Shown here piece after piece: positions 25,176-34,781 of a stretch of 64,000 nt of DNA. Each line of letters starts with the position of its first letter. The stretch's first letter is position 1. The notes below the pieces were generated by a model. The model was not told the origin of the DNA. It did not search any database and worked only from the letters and a program-made list of their open reading frames with translations. The position numbers were made by a program, and so were the translations under genes. Source of the DNA: Desulfatiglans sp. (GTDB lineage Bacteria; Desulfobacterota; DSM-4660; Desulfatiglandales; HGW-15); contig JAAZBV010000128.1 of the NCBI GenBank assembly GCA_012513605.1, positions 605 to 64,604 of the forward strand. Reading direction: 5' to 3'.

Positions 25176-26702
25176 CTAACACTGTTTATGTTTTTTTAGA
25201 TATTGCCGCATCAGAAATTTCATCAGCTCATCCGGCCCTCTGTTATCCACACAAACCTCATCATAGAAACAGATCCTGTTTGGATCTTCTTCGGTGAACG
25301 GTTTCCAAAAAGGCATGTCTGATCCGTCCGCATCCTTTCCATTCGGGTCGCCGGTGCGTATAAAGTTCGCCCAGTAATTACACATTTTGCGCGCCAGGTC
25401 ATAATGCATACCCACAAAGGGTCTCCAGCACTTGGCAAGGGTCTCAAAAAAGAACCAGAGATCAACAGAATGAAATGCCCCCGGGTTATCCCAGCCTGGT
25501 ATCCCTGCGTTAAAGACCCAGTAATATATGGGAGTTTTATCACCTGTTCGTTTTTTTGCCTTTCCGATAAGCCTGATGGAATATTCCAGGTGGCTAACAG
25601 TGGCCCTGTAGAGCATCTCGGAGATACTGCCTGTATCGGATTTACAGAGATTAAGGAATTCGTCCGCATCCGATCCATAGGCCTCTCTGGCAAAGGCCAC
25701 AAATTCATCGACAGTTTTGACAAGTGGTCTGTCAGGAAATTCTGTGGCAGTGTGGCCGAACATCATGGGGACAAGCTCGCATCTGTTAGCCATAAAACGC
25801 TCATTTGCATCGCCCACATAAAATTTATCATCGATTACAGGCCCCCAGAAGCTCTTGTATTCCACCATTTTGTCCCTTAAGGATACTGTATCCAGTTTGC
25901 GTGCCTCTTGAAGGGTGGATACGCCTATAAATTTAAAGAATTCAACCCCGGCCTGTTCAGCCTCGATAAGATTTTTTTCCTTATGAAAGAGGTTTCCAGG
26001 GTAGGCTGTCATAGCAAGTCCGCTGTCTACAATGGCCTTCTGGAACAGCCCTTTATTTGTGGGTGAGGTGACCTGTGCCATTACACTGCCGCCTCCTGCT
26101 GATTGCCCCCCTATTGTGATGTTGTCAGGGTCTCCGCCAAAGGCTGCTATATTGCGCTTTACCCAGCGTGTCCCGCACTGCTGATCAAGGAAGCCGAAGT
26201 TGGCAGGGGCATCAGGGTTTTCTGCAGTAATCTCCGGGTGACAGAGAAATCCAAATGCATTCAGCCTGTAATTGATTGTGACTACCACGATCCCGCGCCT
26301 TGCAATGCGCTCGCCGTCAAACTCCATCTCAGCGGTATTACCCTCCTGTAATCCTCCTCCGAAATACCAGACAAATACAGGCAGTTTTTCATCAGCCTTT
26401 TTAGCGGGTGTCCAGACGTTTAGATGGAGTGAGTCTTCATCCATCTCAATGGATGTGTCAACGTTCCACTCCCTTGTATAGATGATCTCAGGGTCTTCAC
26501 CAGGGATATGCTGCATGGAGATAGGCGCAAATTTGTATGCATAGAGAACCCCTTCCCAGTCCTTTGCAGGTTGAGGCGCCCTCCAGCGGTTTGTGCCAAC
26601 GGGCGGCGCAGCAAAGGGGATACCCTTAAAGGATGTGATACGCGGATCAGCCGCAGGCAAACCCTCGACCAGACCATTTTCAACCATGACTCTTCTTAGC
26701 AT
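25176..26702 (-). CDS. Type-B carboxylesterase (cytoplasmic, no signal peptide)
   Basis: 508 aa. EDSLHLNVWTP and GQSAGG motifs. Confidence 0.85.
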   Translation of the reverse strand: MLRRVMVENGLVEGLPAADPRITSFKGIPFAAPPVGTNRWRAPQPAKDWEGVLYAYKFAPISMQHIPGEDPEIIYTREWNVDTSIEMDEDSLHLNVWTPAKKADEKLPVFVWYFGGGLQEGNTAEMEFDGERIARRGIVVVTINYRLNAFGFLCHPEITAENPDAPANFGFLDQQCGTRWVKRNIAAFGGDPDNITIGGQSAGGGSVMAQVTSPTNKGLFQKAIVDSGLAMTAYPGNLFHKEKNLIEAEQAGVEFFKFIGVSTLQEARKLDTVSLRDKMVEYKSFWGPVIDDKFYVGDANERFMANRCELVPMMFGHTATEFPDRPLVKTVDEFVAFAREAYGSDADEFLNLCKSDTGSISEMLYRATVSHLEYSIRLIGKAKKRTGDKTPIYYWVFNAGIPGWDNPGAFHSVDLWFFFETLAKCWRPFVGMHYDLARKMCNYWANFIRTGDPNGKDADGSDMPFWKPFTEEDPNRICFYDEVCVDNRGPDELMKFLMRQYLKKHKQC

Positions 26703-26713
26703 AATATTCTCCT

Positions 26714-28252
26714 TTACTTACTGGTTTTCACCTTTATCTGCGTAAACGAATGGGCCGGAAAGGTATATGCCATTTTATTCCCATCAGCTTTTATCTCTCC
26801 TGAAACCGGATAATACTGCTCCTGCTCCTCATACCTGTAGCGTGACTCCATGTCCTTCCTGTTGATTTCGCTTATATGTGCCTTTCCCCTGAATGTGCCA
26901 GCGGTGCTTAAGATATCAGCAGTAATTGCCTTCTCCCTGTGCCTGTTTACAACATTTATAAATAAGGCATCCTGATCATTTGAATAGACCGCTGTTACAT
27001 CAAGATAGGGGATATCTTTATTCATTTCGTCAACATCAAATGTTTCACTCTCCAAAAAGACATCAACCGATTCACCAAGGCAATTATTGGAGAAGAGTTT
27101 AAAGACATGAAAAAACTGTGTCTTGTAAAATCCTTTTTCAGGGTCATAACCCAGCATACTTGTAAACATGGTATAGTTTGCCATCTTAACAACATCTGCA
27201 TGGCGTATGAAGGAGTTGAAGAACTGGGCTGTCGCGAGTGTGGGCAATAGCCCGCTCCCGTGCGGGGCCCATTCATCAAAGGAGATATATATCGGTTTTT
27301 CTATCTTATACCTGGTTCGTACCTCACGAATCTGTGCTGCTGTGATATTGATCTTTTCTTCTATATCCCTTGCCCATTTCCCCATATAGGAGTAGTAATC
27401 CTTATCCTGCTCCCAGTACCTGTGTATGGATATGAAATCTGCAAAATCCCTTAATTCAGTCAGCACAGTCCTGTTCCAGTCTATCCATATCCCTGTTGGT
27501 TCATAGTAGGATGAGCCATTAATGATAAACCGGATCGATTTATCCGTGTATCTCATGACCTTTGCGGCCTCTCTGGCAATCTTGGTGTAATCCTCAGCAT
27601 TTTTATAACCCATTATCCAGGGGGAGCCGTCCACCTCATTACCCAGGCACCAGTATTTTATATTGAAAGGTTTTTCACTGCCGTATCTGGCGCGAAGATC
27701 GGCATAATATGTACCAGCCTCGGAATTGGTATACTCCACCCAGTATCTGGCATCATCCAGGGTTCCTGTCCCAAGGTTGATACAAACAACATTTTCTGTT
27801 CCGAGGGCTTTATTCAATTTAACCCATTCGTCTGTTCCCACCTGGTTCGTGTCCAGTGTGCCCCATGCAAGTTCCTTCCGCACCGGCCTCTTATCCTTTG
27901 GCCCGATACCATCCTGCCAGTTGTAACCCGCAACATAATTACCCCCGGGCCAGCGCATGTTGGTGATCTTAAGCTCCCTGCCTGCCTCTATGAAATTGGT
28001 TTTAAAACCATCCTCATTGGAAAGGGGGGAGTTTGGATCATAGAGTGTGCCATAGAGGGTATTTTCAGGGAACAGTATCTCTCCACCGAATTCCTCCGGG
28101 TTAAAATGGATCGGCTCCATAAATACGCCATATATTTTAGGGTCAATATCACCGATCTTTCGATCCACATCTATTTTGATAACCGCATTTCTGGCATAAA
28201 TGGAAAAAGAGATGTTAATCAAAATAAAAAGCAGTAAGATTGTTCTATTCAT
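26714..28252 (-). CDS. Secreted alpha-L-arabinofuranosidase, GH51
   Basis: 512 aa. Signal peptide. RWPGGNYVAGYNWQDGIGP and WCLGNEVDG (acid/base Glu region), typical of GH51. Confidence 0.85.
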   Translation of the reverse strand: MNRTILLLFILINISFSIYARNAVIKIDVDRKIGDIDPKIYGVFMEPIHFNPEEFGGEILFPENTLYGTLYDPNSPLSNEDGFKTNFIEAGRELKITNMRWPGGNYVAGYNWQDGIGPKDKRPVRKELAWGTLDTNQVGTDEWVKLNKALGTENVVCINLGTGTLDDARYWVEYTNSEAGTYYADLRARYGSEKPFNIKYWCLGNEVDGSPWIMGYKNAEDYTKIAREAAKVMRYTDKSIRFIINGSSYYEPTGIWIDWNRTVLTELRDFADFISIHRYWEQDKDYYSYMGKWARDIEEKINITAAQIREVRTRYKIEKPIYISFDEWAPHGSGLLPTLATAQFFNSFIRHADVVKMANYTMFTSMLGYDPEKGFYKTQFFHVFKLFSNNCLGESVDVFLESETFDVDEMNKDIPYLDVTAVYSNDQDALFINVVNRHREKAITADILSTAGTFRGKAHISEINRKDMESRYRYEEQEQYYPVSGEIKADGNKMAYTFPAHSFTQIKVKTSK

Positions 28253-28326
28253 AATTTCCTCTTATTGGTGTCCAAAATTAAACAAAGGCATATTTTCATA
28301 AATAAATAATAAAATCCTACTACGAC

Positions 28327-28404
28327 GTCATGCCCGTGAAGACGGGCATCCATTTTCTTTGACTTTTTTTAAAAATAGATACCCGCCTTCGCGGGAATGA
28401 CGAA
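28327..28404. repeat. Pair of GGGAATGAC-type hairpin repeats
   Basis: gtcatgcccgtgaagacgggcatccat (28327-28353) and gatacccgccttcgcgggaatgacgaa (28378-28404). Confidence 0.55.
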
Positions 28405-28500
28405 TAAAGGTGTTTAATTCTTGATATTTTTGAATAGTCCATAATTATTGTTTCTATAAGTTAGTGTTTATTGCTTTTGGACAGGAATAATCTCCTCTCG

Positions 28501-30468
28501 TTATTTTACAATATTAATCTCCCACAGGCTTGCGCTTAAAGGGGCGGCCTTAAGTCCTTTATCAATAGACACCTTGCCCCTGCTATGGATATCCACACCC
28601 CGCTTTTTACCAGGTGCATTATATGAGGAATCCTTCTCACCGGTTATAACATACTGTACTGCCTTTGCAGGGAGTTTCAGCCCATCCATCTTTATAACAA
28701 TCTCTTTGTCGGTGGGGTTTACAGCGCTTACTGTGAGTATATCCCCGGTTTCATTCAGGGCTGCCATCACATCGAGCCCTTTAATCTCTCCGGTAAACCT
28801 TAATGGTATTGAACCGAATTGGTTGCGGTAAAGCTTGAGTACAAGCCCGGTAGAATCAAACTCCGCCTTTGTTTTGGTGGTCTTGATGGCCCCTATTACA
28901 TTAACGGTCTGCGCATAATTTGCCGCATGGATATATTCGCTCTGGCGATAAAACTCATGCAGACCCATTGCAATGCCAAGGGCATCCTGCAGGTCATATA
29001 TGCACCCCAGCTCGCCATATACATAGTCACGGTGCCAGTAATTCCATTCATCAAGGGCAATGGGTACAAAACGGTCTTTAAGGCCTTCGATAGATGCCTG
29101 TAAGACCTTGTGTGCCTCCACCCGTTCACGAATGGAATTTTTTACCATGGGGACATGCTCAAGAACAGGTTTGCGTTCATCCTGATTCCACGGCACACGG
29201 CCCACATAAAAATGTTCAGAGAGCATGTTCATATATTCAGCGCTCTCCTCAAGCATACCCCTTGACCATGTCCGGTTCCTCTGCTTTGAATCAGGGTCAA
29301 ATGCCGCGTTAATGGTGTCAAAGCTCCCCACTCCAACCAGAACAAGGTCAGGATCGGCTTTCCACATGGCACTGGCAACCATATTGTGTTTGATAGTGTA
29401 ATGCTTTAGCTGCATAAAACCGAGCTGCCAGTCTCCAAACATCTCATTTCCCACACACCAGTATTTTACATTGAAGGGTTTTTCATGGCCGTTTTCAATG
29501 CGGTATCTGCCGCCGGTGGTATGAACATCTGAATTGCAGTAGTCTACCCATTCAGCAGTAGAATGGGCATCACCAAAACCGGTGTTTGCGGCGATCATAG
29601 GCTCTGTATTGATCTCACTGCAAAAAATAATAAATTCATCTGTTCCAAAGTCGTTATGTTCTACACCGGTCCATGCAGGGTTCTTGCGCGGTGGTCTGCG
29701 GTCCCTCTCCCCAATGCCGTCACGCCACTCATAACCGCTAGTAAAATTTCCGCCTGGCCATCGGTAAAGGGGCGCATTCAGCTCTTTAAGGAGGTTAATT
29801 GTATCCCTGCGCATCCCTTTTATATTATCTCCGGGCATGAGAGAAACTGTCCCTATAAATGCCTCACCCTCAAGCACCTCTATTTTAAGGGATGCCTTGT
29901 CATTATCTTTTTCTGCAACAAATTCAAATTCTGTTTTCGTATAACTGTTACCGGGGGATATAATTCTGGCAGGGATGGCTTTACCATCAATCATGAGCGA
30001 AACGCTGACACGCGTGTTTTTACTGTTATCCGATTTAAGCCAGATATAGCCGACATACTTTTTGCCTGAGACAACCGCAAGGTCATGCTGCTCTATTGCA
30101 GCTCTCTTCTTTATACGCGGTGTATGATCGCCGACAAAAGGCTCTTTTTTATCCATTGTAACCAGAGAAGGATCACCGATAATCTCCCATGGGGATGAGC
30201 CTACTACAGGGTAACTTGTAGCTGTAAGGCTTACATAGGGCGCATAATCAGACGTGATCGGGAAATAGAATTTCCTGTCTTCAAGCATCTCTGCCCATAT
30301 GCCGCCATAGATGCAGCGGCCAAGGTGCTCTATGAACTGACCATAGATAAAGGGGTTGATCGCCTCACCCTGATTTTTAAGGTCAATTTTTATGTTAACG
30401 GTTTCGGCCTTTGCTAAAGGAACTACAAAAAGACTTATAACTAAAAGGCTGATAAATATATTTTTCAT
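28501..30468 (-). CDS. Secreted alpha-L-arabinofuranosidase, GH51, with an N-terminal beta-sandwich (CBM-like) extension
   Basis: Start at MKNIFISLLV (AAAGGAGG RBS). YRWPGGNFTSGYEWRDGIG and WCVGNEMFGDWQLG motifs. Confidence 0.85.
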   Translation of the reverse strand: MKNIFISLLVISLFVVPLAKAETVNIKIDLKNQGEAINPFIYGQFIEHLGRCIYGGIWAEMLEDRKFYFPITSDYAPYVSLTATSYPVVGSSPWEIIGDPSLVTMDKKEPFVGDHTPRIKKRAAIEQHDLAVVSGKKYVGYIWLKSDNSKNTRVSVSLMIDGKAIPARIISPGNSYTKTEFEFVAEKDNDKASLKIEVLEGEAFIGTVSLMPGDNIKGMRRDTINLLKELNAPLYRWPGGNFTSGYEWRDGIGERDRRPPRKNPAWTGVEHNDFGTDEFIIFCSEINTEPMIAANTGFGDAHSTAEWVDYCNSDVHTTGGRYRIENGHEKPFNVKYWCVGNEMFGDWQLGFMQLKHYTIKHNMVASAMWKADPDLVLVGVGSFDTINAAFDPDSKQRNRTWSRGMLEESAEYMNMLSEHFYVGRVPWNQDERKPVLEHVPMVKNSIRERVEAHKVLQASIEGLKDRFVPIALDEWNYWHRDYVYGELGCIYDLQDALGIAMGLHEFYRQSEYIHAANYAQTVNVIGAIKTTKTKAEFDSTGLVLKLYRNQFGSIPLRFTGEIKGLDVMAALNETGDILTVSAVNPTDKEIVIKMDGLKLPAKAVQYVITGEKDSSYNAPGKKRGVDIHSRGKVSIDKGLKAAPLSASLWEINIVK

Positions 30469-30490
30469 GATATCCCTCCTTTGGTTAATT

Positions 30491-31198
30491 CTATTTTTTT
30501 GCCTGACCATAGTATGCATCTTCCCCGTGTTTTCTCTGATAATGTTTATTGATCAGGGTATCCTTCATCCGCCTGATATCAGGATTTATCTGCTCTGTTA
30601 TGCAGGCCATTCTGGCTATCTCTTCGAGTACAACCGCATTGTAGACCGCCTTATCAGGTGTTTCGCCCCAGGTGAATGGCCCATGACATGCGACCAGGAT
30701 CATCTGTACCTCAAGGTGCGAGAGATTATTTTCTTTAATTGCATTTATAATCTGATGGCCGGTCTCTACCTCATACTGCCCCTTTATCATCTCATTACTC
30801 ATCACCTTTGTGACAGGGATGTCGTGGGACATATGGTCAGCGTGTGTTGTCCCGTAAATAGGTATGGGTCGGCATGCCTGCGCCCATGCCACTGCATAGG
30901 CAGAATGCGCGTGTGCGATGCTGTTAATACCCGGTAAAGAGCGGTAAAGCACGGCATGGGTAGGTGTGTCAGAAGATGGGTTCATCTTTCCCTCAACCCT
31001 GTTCCCATCCATATCCACAATAACCATGTCATCGGGTTTCATTTCATCATAGGGGACACCGCTTGGCTTTATAGCAAATATGCCTTTTGATGCATCAAGT
31101 GCGCTTACATTGCCAAAGGTGTAGATCGCCAGTTTATTCTTAGGGATCTCCATATTTGCCCTAAAGCACACCTCTTTCAGATCCTTGTAATTACTCAT
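30491..31198 (-). CDS. araD: L-ribulose-5-phosphate 4-epimerase (class II aldolase fold)
   Basis: 235 aa. N-terminus LKEVCFRANMEIPKNKLAIYTFGNVSALD and metal-binding His residues (HAHSAYA). Sits within an arabinose gene context. Confidence 0.85.
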   Translation of the reverse strand: MSNYKDLKEVCFRANMEIPKNKLAIYTFGNVSALDASKGIFAIKPSGVPYDEMKPDDMVIVDMDGNRVEGKMNPSSDTPTHAVLYRSLPGINSIAHAHSAYAVAWAQACRPIPIYGTTHADHMSHDIPVTKVMSNEMIKGQYEVETGHQIINAIKENNLSHLEVQMILVACHGPFTWGETPDKAVYNAVVLEEIARMACITEQINPDIRRMKDTLINKHYQRKHGEDAYYGQAKK

Positions 31199-31217
31199 TT
31201 TACCTCCTTTGCAATGG

Positions 31218-32285
31218 TCAGCCGTTCATGTAACCCGTAAAGGTATGTATATTTTCCCTTGTTATGATGTTCAGGGGCATGATCACCTCTTTACTCACCT
31301 CTTTTCTGAGCACAATATGGTCATAGAGCATTATGATGCCCCGGTATCCCTGGACTTCGGGCTGCTGTGTGAGGATGAAATCAATAGTCCCTTTCTCAAT
31401 AGCCGACTCCCTGCCAGGTATGATATCGTATCCGACAAGCGGAACGGATCTGTATTCATCCCCCTCTTTTTCAAGAAACGATGCTATGTAGTACACAGAA
31501 GAGTTTGCTGCGAATATCCCGATGGGCAGGGCCTGGTTTTTTATGTGGAATTCTTTAAGCCTGCTGTGAAAGTGCGATTCGTTATCAACCTCTGCCTTTA
31601 GTGTAATTAATCTTATTTCCGGCATGACCGCATCCATATAATAGCGGAACCCCTCGATGCGGTTGTAGAGATGAAAATTACTGCCGGGTGGATCAACAAC
31701 AAGAACATATTGATCCTGCCCTGCTGAGGCCCTGCCTGAAATAAGCAGGCTCATCAGTTTTCCTGCGAGTATACCGCTCTGGCGGGAGTCCTGGCCAATA
31801 TATGCAGTTCTTTGCTTTAGATCAGGGATATTCGTATCAATAAAGATGTATGGTAAATCGGTATCCTCCAGGGGCGCCCTCATATCATCCGGGCGGCAGG
31901 CGGCAATAAGCATACCCTCTGTATCAGAAGAGAGGGCCATGTAAAGGGCATTTATGCAGGATGCAGAGGAGTAGCGGTCAAAGGGAAATATCCTGATATC
32001 GTTTCCAAAGGAGGCCAGTTCATTTGCTGCCTTTAGAATCCCCTCTTCTACCAGACGCCAGTATCCTCCATCCTGTTCCCTTTTGGGAAGAACAACACTG
32101 AAAATATGTTTTTTTGTCTGCTTCAGTCCCCTGGCATGTATGTTGGGGGTATAGTTCAGCTCCTTCATGGCCTTACGCACCAGCTCGGCTGTTTCTTCTG
32201 AATAACGTCCCCTGTTATGGATTATCCTGTCCACTGTGCCGATAGAAATACCTGCGGCCTCGGCGATATCCTTCATGGTTGCCAT
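31218..32285 (-). CDS. LacI-family transcriptional regulator
   Basis: 355 aa. N-terminal HTH MATMKDIAEAAGISIGTVDRIIHNRG and a periplasmic-binding-protein-like effector domain. Confidence 0.9.
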   Translation of the reverse strand: MATMKDIAEAAGISIGTVDRIIHNRGRYSEETAELVRKAMKELNYTPNIHARGLKQTKKHIFSVVLPKREQDGGYWRLVEEGILKAANELASFGNDIRIFPFDRYSSASCINALYMALSSDTEGMLIAACRPDDMRAPLEDTDLPYIFIDTNIPDLKQRTAYIGQDSRQSGILAGKLMSLLISGRASAGQDQYVLVVDPPGSNFHLYNRIEGFRYYMDAVMPEIRLITLKAEVDNESHFHSRLKEFHIKNQALPIGIFAANSSVYYIASFLEKEGDEYRSVPLVGYDIIPGRESAIEKGTIDFILTQQPEVQGYRGIIMLYDHIVLRKEVSKEVIMPLNIITRENIHTFTGYMNG

Positions 32286-32301
32286 GTGACTCTCTACTTA
32301 A

Positions 32302-32319
32302 TGCGTTATCGATAACGCA
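32302..32319. promoter_or_regulatory. Operator 1: perfect 18-bp palindrome TGCGTTATCGATAACGCA
   Basis: Self-complementary. Lies 17-34 nt upstream of the regulator ATG and directly abuts the minus-strand -10 element. Confidence 0.65.
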
Positions 32320-32347
32320 ATATATTATCTCTCATTTTTCATGTCAA
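32319..32347 (-). promoter_or_regulatory. Sigma70-type promoter for the regulator/araD/GH51 array
   Basis: The minus strand reads TTGACA-17 nt-TATATT, followed immediately by operator 1. Confidence 0.55.
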
Positions 32348-32390
32348 TAATTTTTCATAAGGGTCTACCTGATCTATCTAAAAGATATAA

Positions 32391-32419
32391 TTGACAAAAT
32401 TGGCACTGTTTAATAATAT
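32391..32419 (+). promoter_or_regulatory. Sigma70-type promoter for the kinase-HAD-araA operon
   Basis: TTGACA (32391-32396), 17 nt, TAATAT (32414-32419), followed 1 nt later by operator 2. Confidence 0.55.
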
Positions 32420-32420
32420 C

Positions 32421-32436
32421 GCGTTATCGATAACGC
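32421..32436. promoter_or_regulatory. Operator 2: perfect 16-bp palindrome GCGTTATCGATAACGC
   Basis: Identical core to operator 1. Located between the -10 element and the RBS of the kinase gene. Confidence 0.65.
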
Positions 32437-32454
32437 AAAAAAGCAGGATATCAA

Positions 32455-34056
32455 ATGAAAAGAGACAAAACCCTGTCCATGATTGAAGGCGGAGATGCGG
32501 TTCTTGGCATTGAATTTGGCTCAACCCGGATCAAGGCTGTGCTGATCGGTGAAGATCACAATCCCCTGGCTTCAGGAGGATTTAACTGGGAAAATTCTCT
32601 GACAAACGGAATATGGACATATCCCATTGAGCAGATTTGGGCGGGCCTTAAGGCATGTTACGCAGACCTTGCACAGGATGTACTGAATAAATATGGTGTG
32701 ACCTTAACCCGTATCAAGGCCCTTGGGTTCAGCGCCATGATGCATGGTTATATGGTTTTTGACAAGAAGGGCAATCAGCTCACCCTCTTTAGGACATGGC
32801 GTAACAATATAACAGGGGCTGCATCAGAAGAGCTGACTAATCTTTTTAATTATCCCATTCCCCAGCGCTGGAGCATTGCACACCTTTACCAGGCTGTCCT
32901 TAATAATGAGGAGCATGTGAAGGATATTGCCTTTATGACTACCCTGGCAGGTTACATACATTGGAAACTAACCGGACAAAAAGAATTAGGCATAGGGGAC
33001 GCCTCAGGGATGTTTCCGATTGATCTTACAACAAAAGGGTTCAACATGTATATGTGCGCCCTGTTTGATAATCACATAAAGGAAAAAAATTTCAAATGGA
33101 GGATCAGGGGTATCCTTCCTGATGTGCTTTGTGCAGGAGAGGGCAGGGCTGTACTCACAGAAGAAGGCGCTATTCTGCTTGACCCGTCCGGTATGCTTAA
33201 ACCTGGTGTCCCTGTTGCGCCTCCTGAAGGTGATGCAGGCACAGGCATGGCAGCCACAAACAGTGTGGCAAAAAGGACAGGAAACGTATCAGCAGGTACT
33301 TCTGTGTTTGCAATGATCGTACTGGAAAAGGAGCTGAAAAAGGTGCACCATGAGGTGGACCTTGTCACCACCCCGGACGGTAATCTTGTAGGCATGGCCC
33401 ATTCCAACAACTGCAGCACGGATTATGATGCATGGTTGAATCTATTCGGCGAGGCATTTCAGGCACTGGGTAAAGAGATATCCAAACCTCTTCTTTATGA
33501 CACCCTGCTTGAGCAGGCCTTGAAGGGCGATCCTGACTGCGGCGGGCTAATGAGTTATGGTTATGTTTCAGGTGAACACATTACCGGGTTTACCGAAGGC
33601 CGCCCCCTGTTTGTCCGCTCTTCTGAGGCACGATTCAGCCTTGCCAATTTTATACGCACCCATCTGTTCACCTCTCTGTGTGCCTTACAGACAGGGCTTA
33701 ATATACTCTTTAATGAAGAGGGGGTAAGGGTGGATGAGATAAAGGGGCATGGCGGGTTTTTCAAATCAGCGGAGGTAGGCCAGAGGATCATGGCTGCTGC
33801 CACAGGGACGCCTGTCTCCACACTTAAAACCGCAGGGGAGGGCGGGGCATGGGGGATGGCCCTTTTGTCTGCCTTTATGATTCGTAAGGATAAAACAGTT
33901 ATACTGCCTGAATTTCTCTCACTTGTTTTTAAAGGTAGTATACAGGATGCCGTAAAACCTGAACCAGAGGATGTGAAGGGTTTTGAAAAATTCTTTGAAC
34001 GATACCACAAGGGGCTGGCAATAGAAAAGGCTGCTGTACTGCATATGAATGTTTAA
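32455..34056 (+). CDS. FGGY-family pentulose kinase, probable L-ribulokinase
   Basis: 533 aa. N-terminal actin-fold phosphate-1 motif [14 protein letters not shown]. Sits between araD and araA in the locus. Substrate is inferred from context only. Confidence 0.7.
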   Translation: MKRDKTLSMIEGGDAVLGIEFGSTRIKAVLIGEDHNPLASGGFNWENSLTNGIWTYPIEQIWAGLKACYADLAQDVLNKYGVTLTRIKALGFSAMMHGYMVFDKKGNQLTLFRTWRNNITGAASEELTNLFNYPIPQRWSIAHLYQAVLNNEEHVKDIAFMTTLAGYIHWKLTGQKELGIGDASGMFPIDLTTKGFNMYMCALFDNHIKEKNFKWRIRGILPDVLCAGEGRAVLTEEGAILLDPSGMLKPGVPVAPPEGDAGTGMAATNSVAKRTGNVSAGTSVFAMIVLEKELKKVHHEVDLVTTPDGNLVGMAHSNNCSTDYDAWLNLFGEAFQALGKEISKPLLYDTLLEQALKGDPDCGGLMSYGYVSGEHITGFTEGRPLFVRSSEARFSLANFIRTHLFTSLCALQTGLNILFNEEGVRVDEIKGHGGFFKSAEVGQRIMAAATGTPVSTLKTAGEGGAWGMALLSAFMIRKDKTVILPEFLSLVFKGSIQDAVKPEPEDVKGFEKFFERYHKGLAIEKAAVLHMNV

Positions 34057-34074
34057 GGAGACACAAAAATAGCG

Positions 34075-34749
34075 ATGAAAGGAAATAGCATGTTGGCCAT
34101 CATCTGGGATATGGACGGTACTATGGTGGATACACGCGAGGCGCACTGGCTTGCCTGGAAAAAAATACTGGCCGATGAAAAGTATGATCTCACATGGGAA
34201 ACCTTTCTTAAAACTTTTGGGCAGAGGAATGATACCATATTACGCAGCCTGTTAGGTGTGAGTCTCCCGGATGCTGAGATAGTAAGGATCGGTGATACAA
34301 AAGAGGAGGCATTCAGGGAGGTGCTGAAAGGAGAGGGGGTCAAGCTCCTGCCGGGCGCAGGGCAGATCATAGATCAGGCTGAAACTAACGGCTGGCCCCA
34401 GGCCGTTGTCTCATCCGCGCCACGTATGAACATAACTGCTATACTTGAAGCGCTCAATCGCCCTGATACATTTACTGTACTGATTTGTGCTGAAGATGTG
34501 AGCCAGGGTAAGCCGCATCCTGAGGGGTGTATTACTGCCTCCCGGAAACTCGGTGTATCTCCAAAAAATTGCATAGTGCTTGAGGATGCCCCCGCAGGGC
34601 TGACAGCAGCCCGCAGGGCAGGCATGGCATGTGTCGGGGTGCTCTCCACACATGACCACCTGAGTAATGCGGACAGGGTCGTGAATACTCTTGAAGAGAT
34701 CACACTGACCGATCTCGAAGCACTTGTTCATGAGCATAAGGCGTTTTGA
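34075..34749 (+). CDS. HAD-IA hydrolase (beta-phosphoglucomutase-like sugar phosphatase)
   Basis: AIIWDMDGTMVDT (DxDGT motif I), SSAPR (motif II), and EDAPAGLTAARRAGM (motifs III/IV). Confidence 0.85.
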   Translation: MKGNSMLAIIWDMDGTMVDTREAHWLAWKKILADEKYDLTWETFLKTFGQRNDTILRSLLGVSLPDAEIVRIGDTKEEAFREVLKGEGVKLLPGAGQIIDQAETNGWPQAVVSSAPRMNITAILEALNRPDTFTVLICAEDVSQGKPHPEGCITASRKLGVSPKNCIVLEDAPAGLTAARRAGMACVGVLSTHDHLSNADRVVNTLEEITLTDLEALVHEHKAF

Positions 34750-34781
34750 TGATGATCAATAATATATTGAAAGGATAGGAT

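Noticed and set aside
25223-25723. 166-aa same-strand alternative-frame ORF inside the cytoplasmic carboxylesterase gene
   Set aside because: It is fully nested in a CDS with clear type-B carboxylesterase motifs. It shows no independent signals and has a compositionally biased translation.
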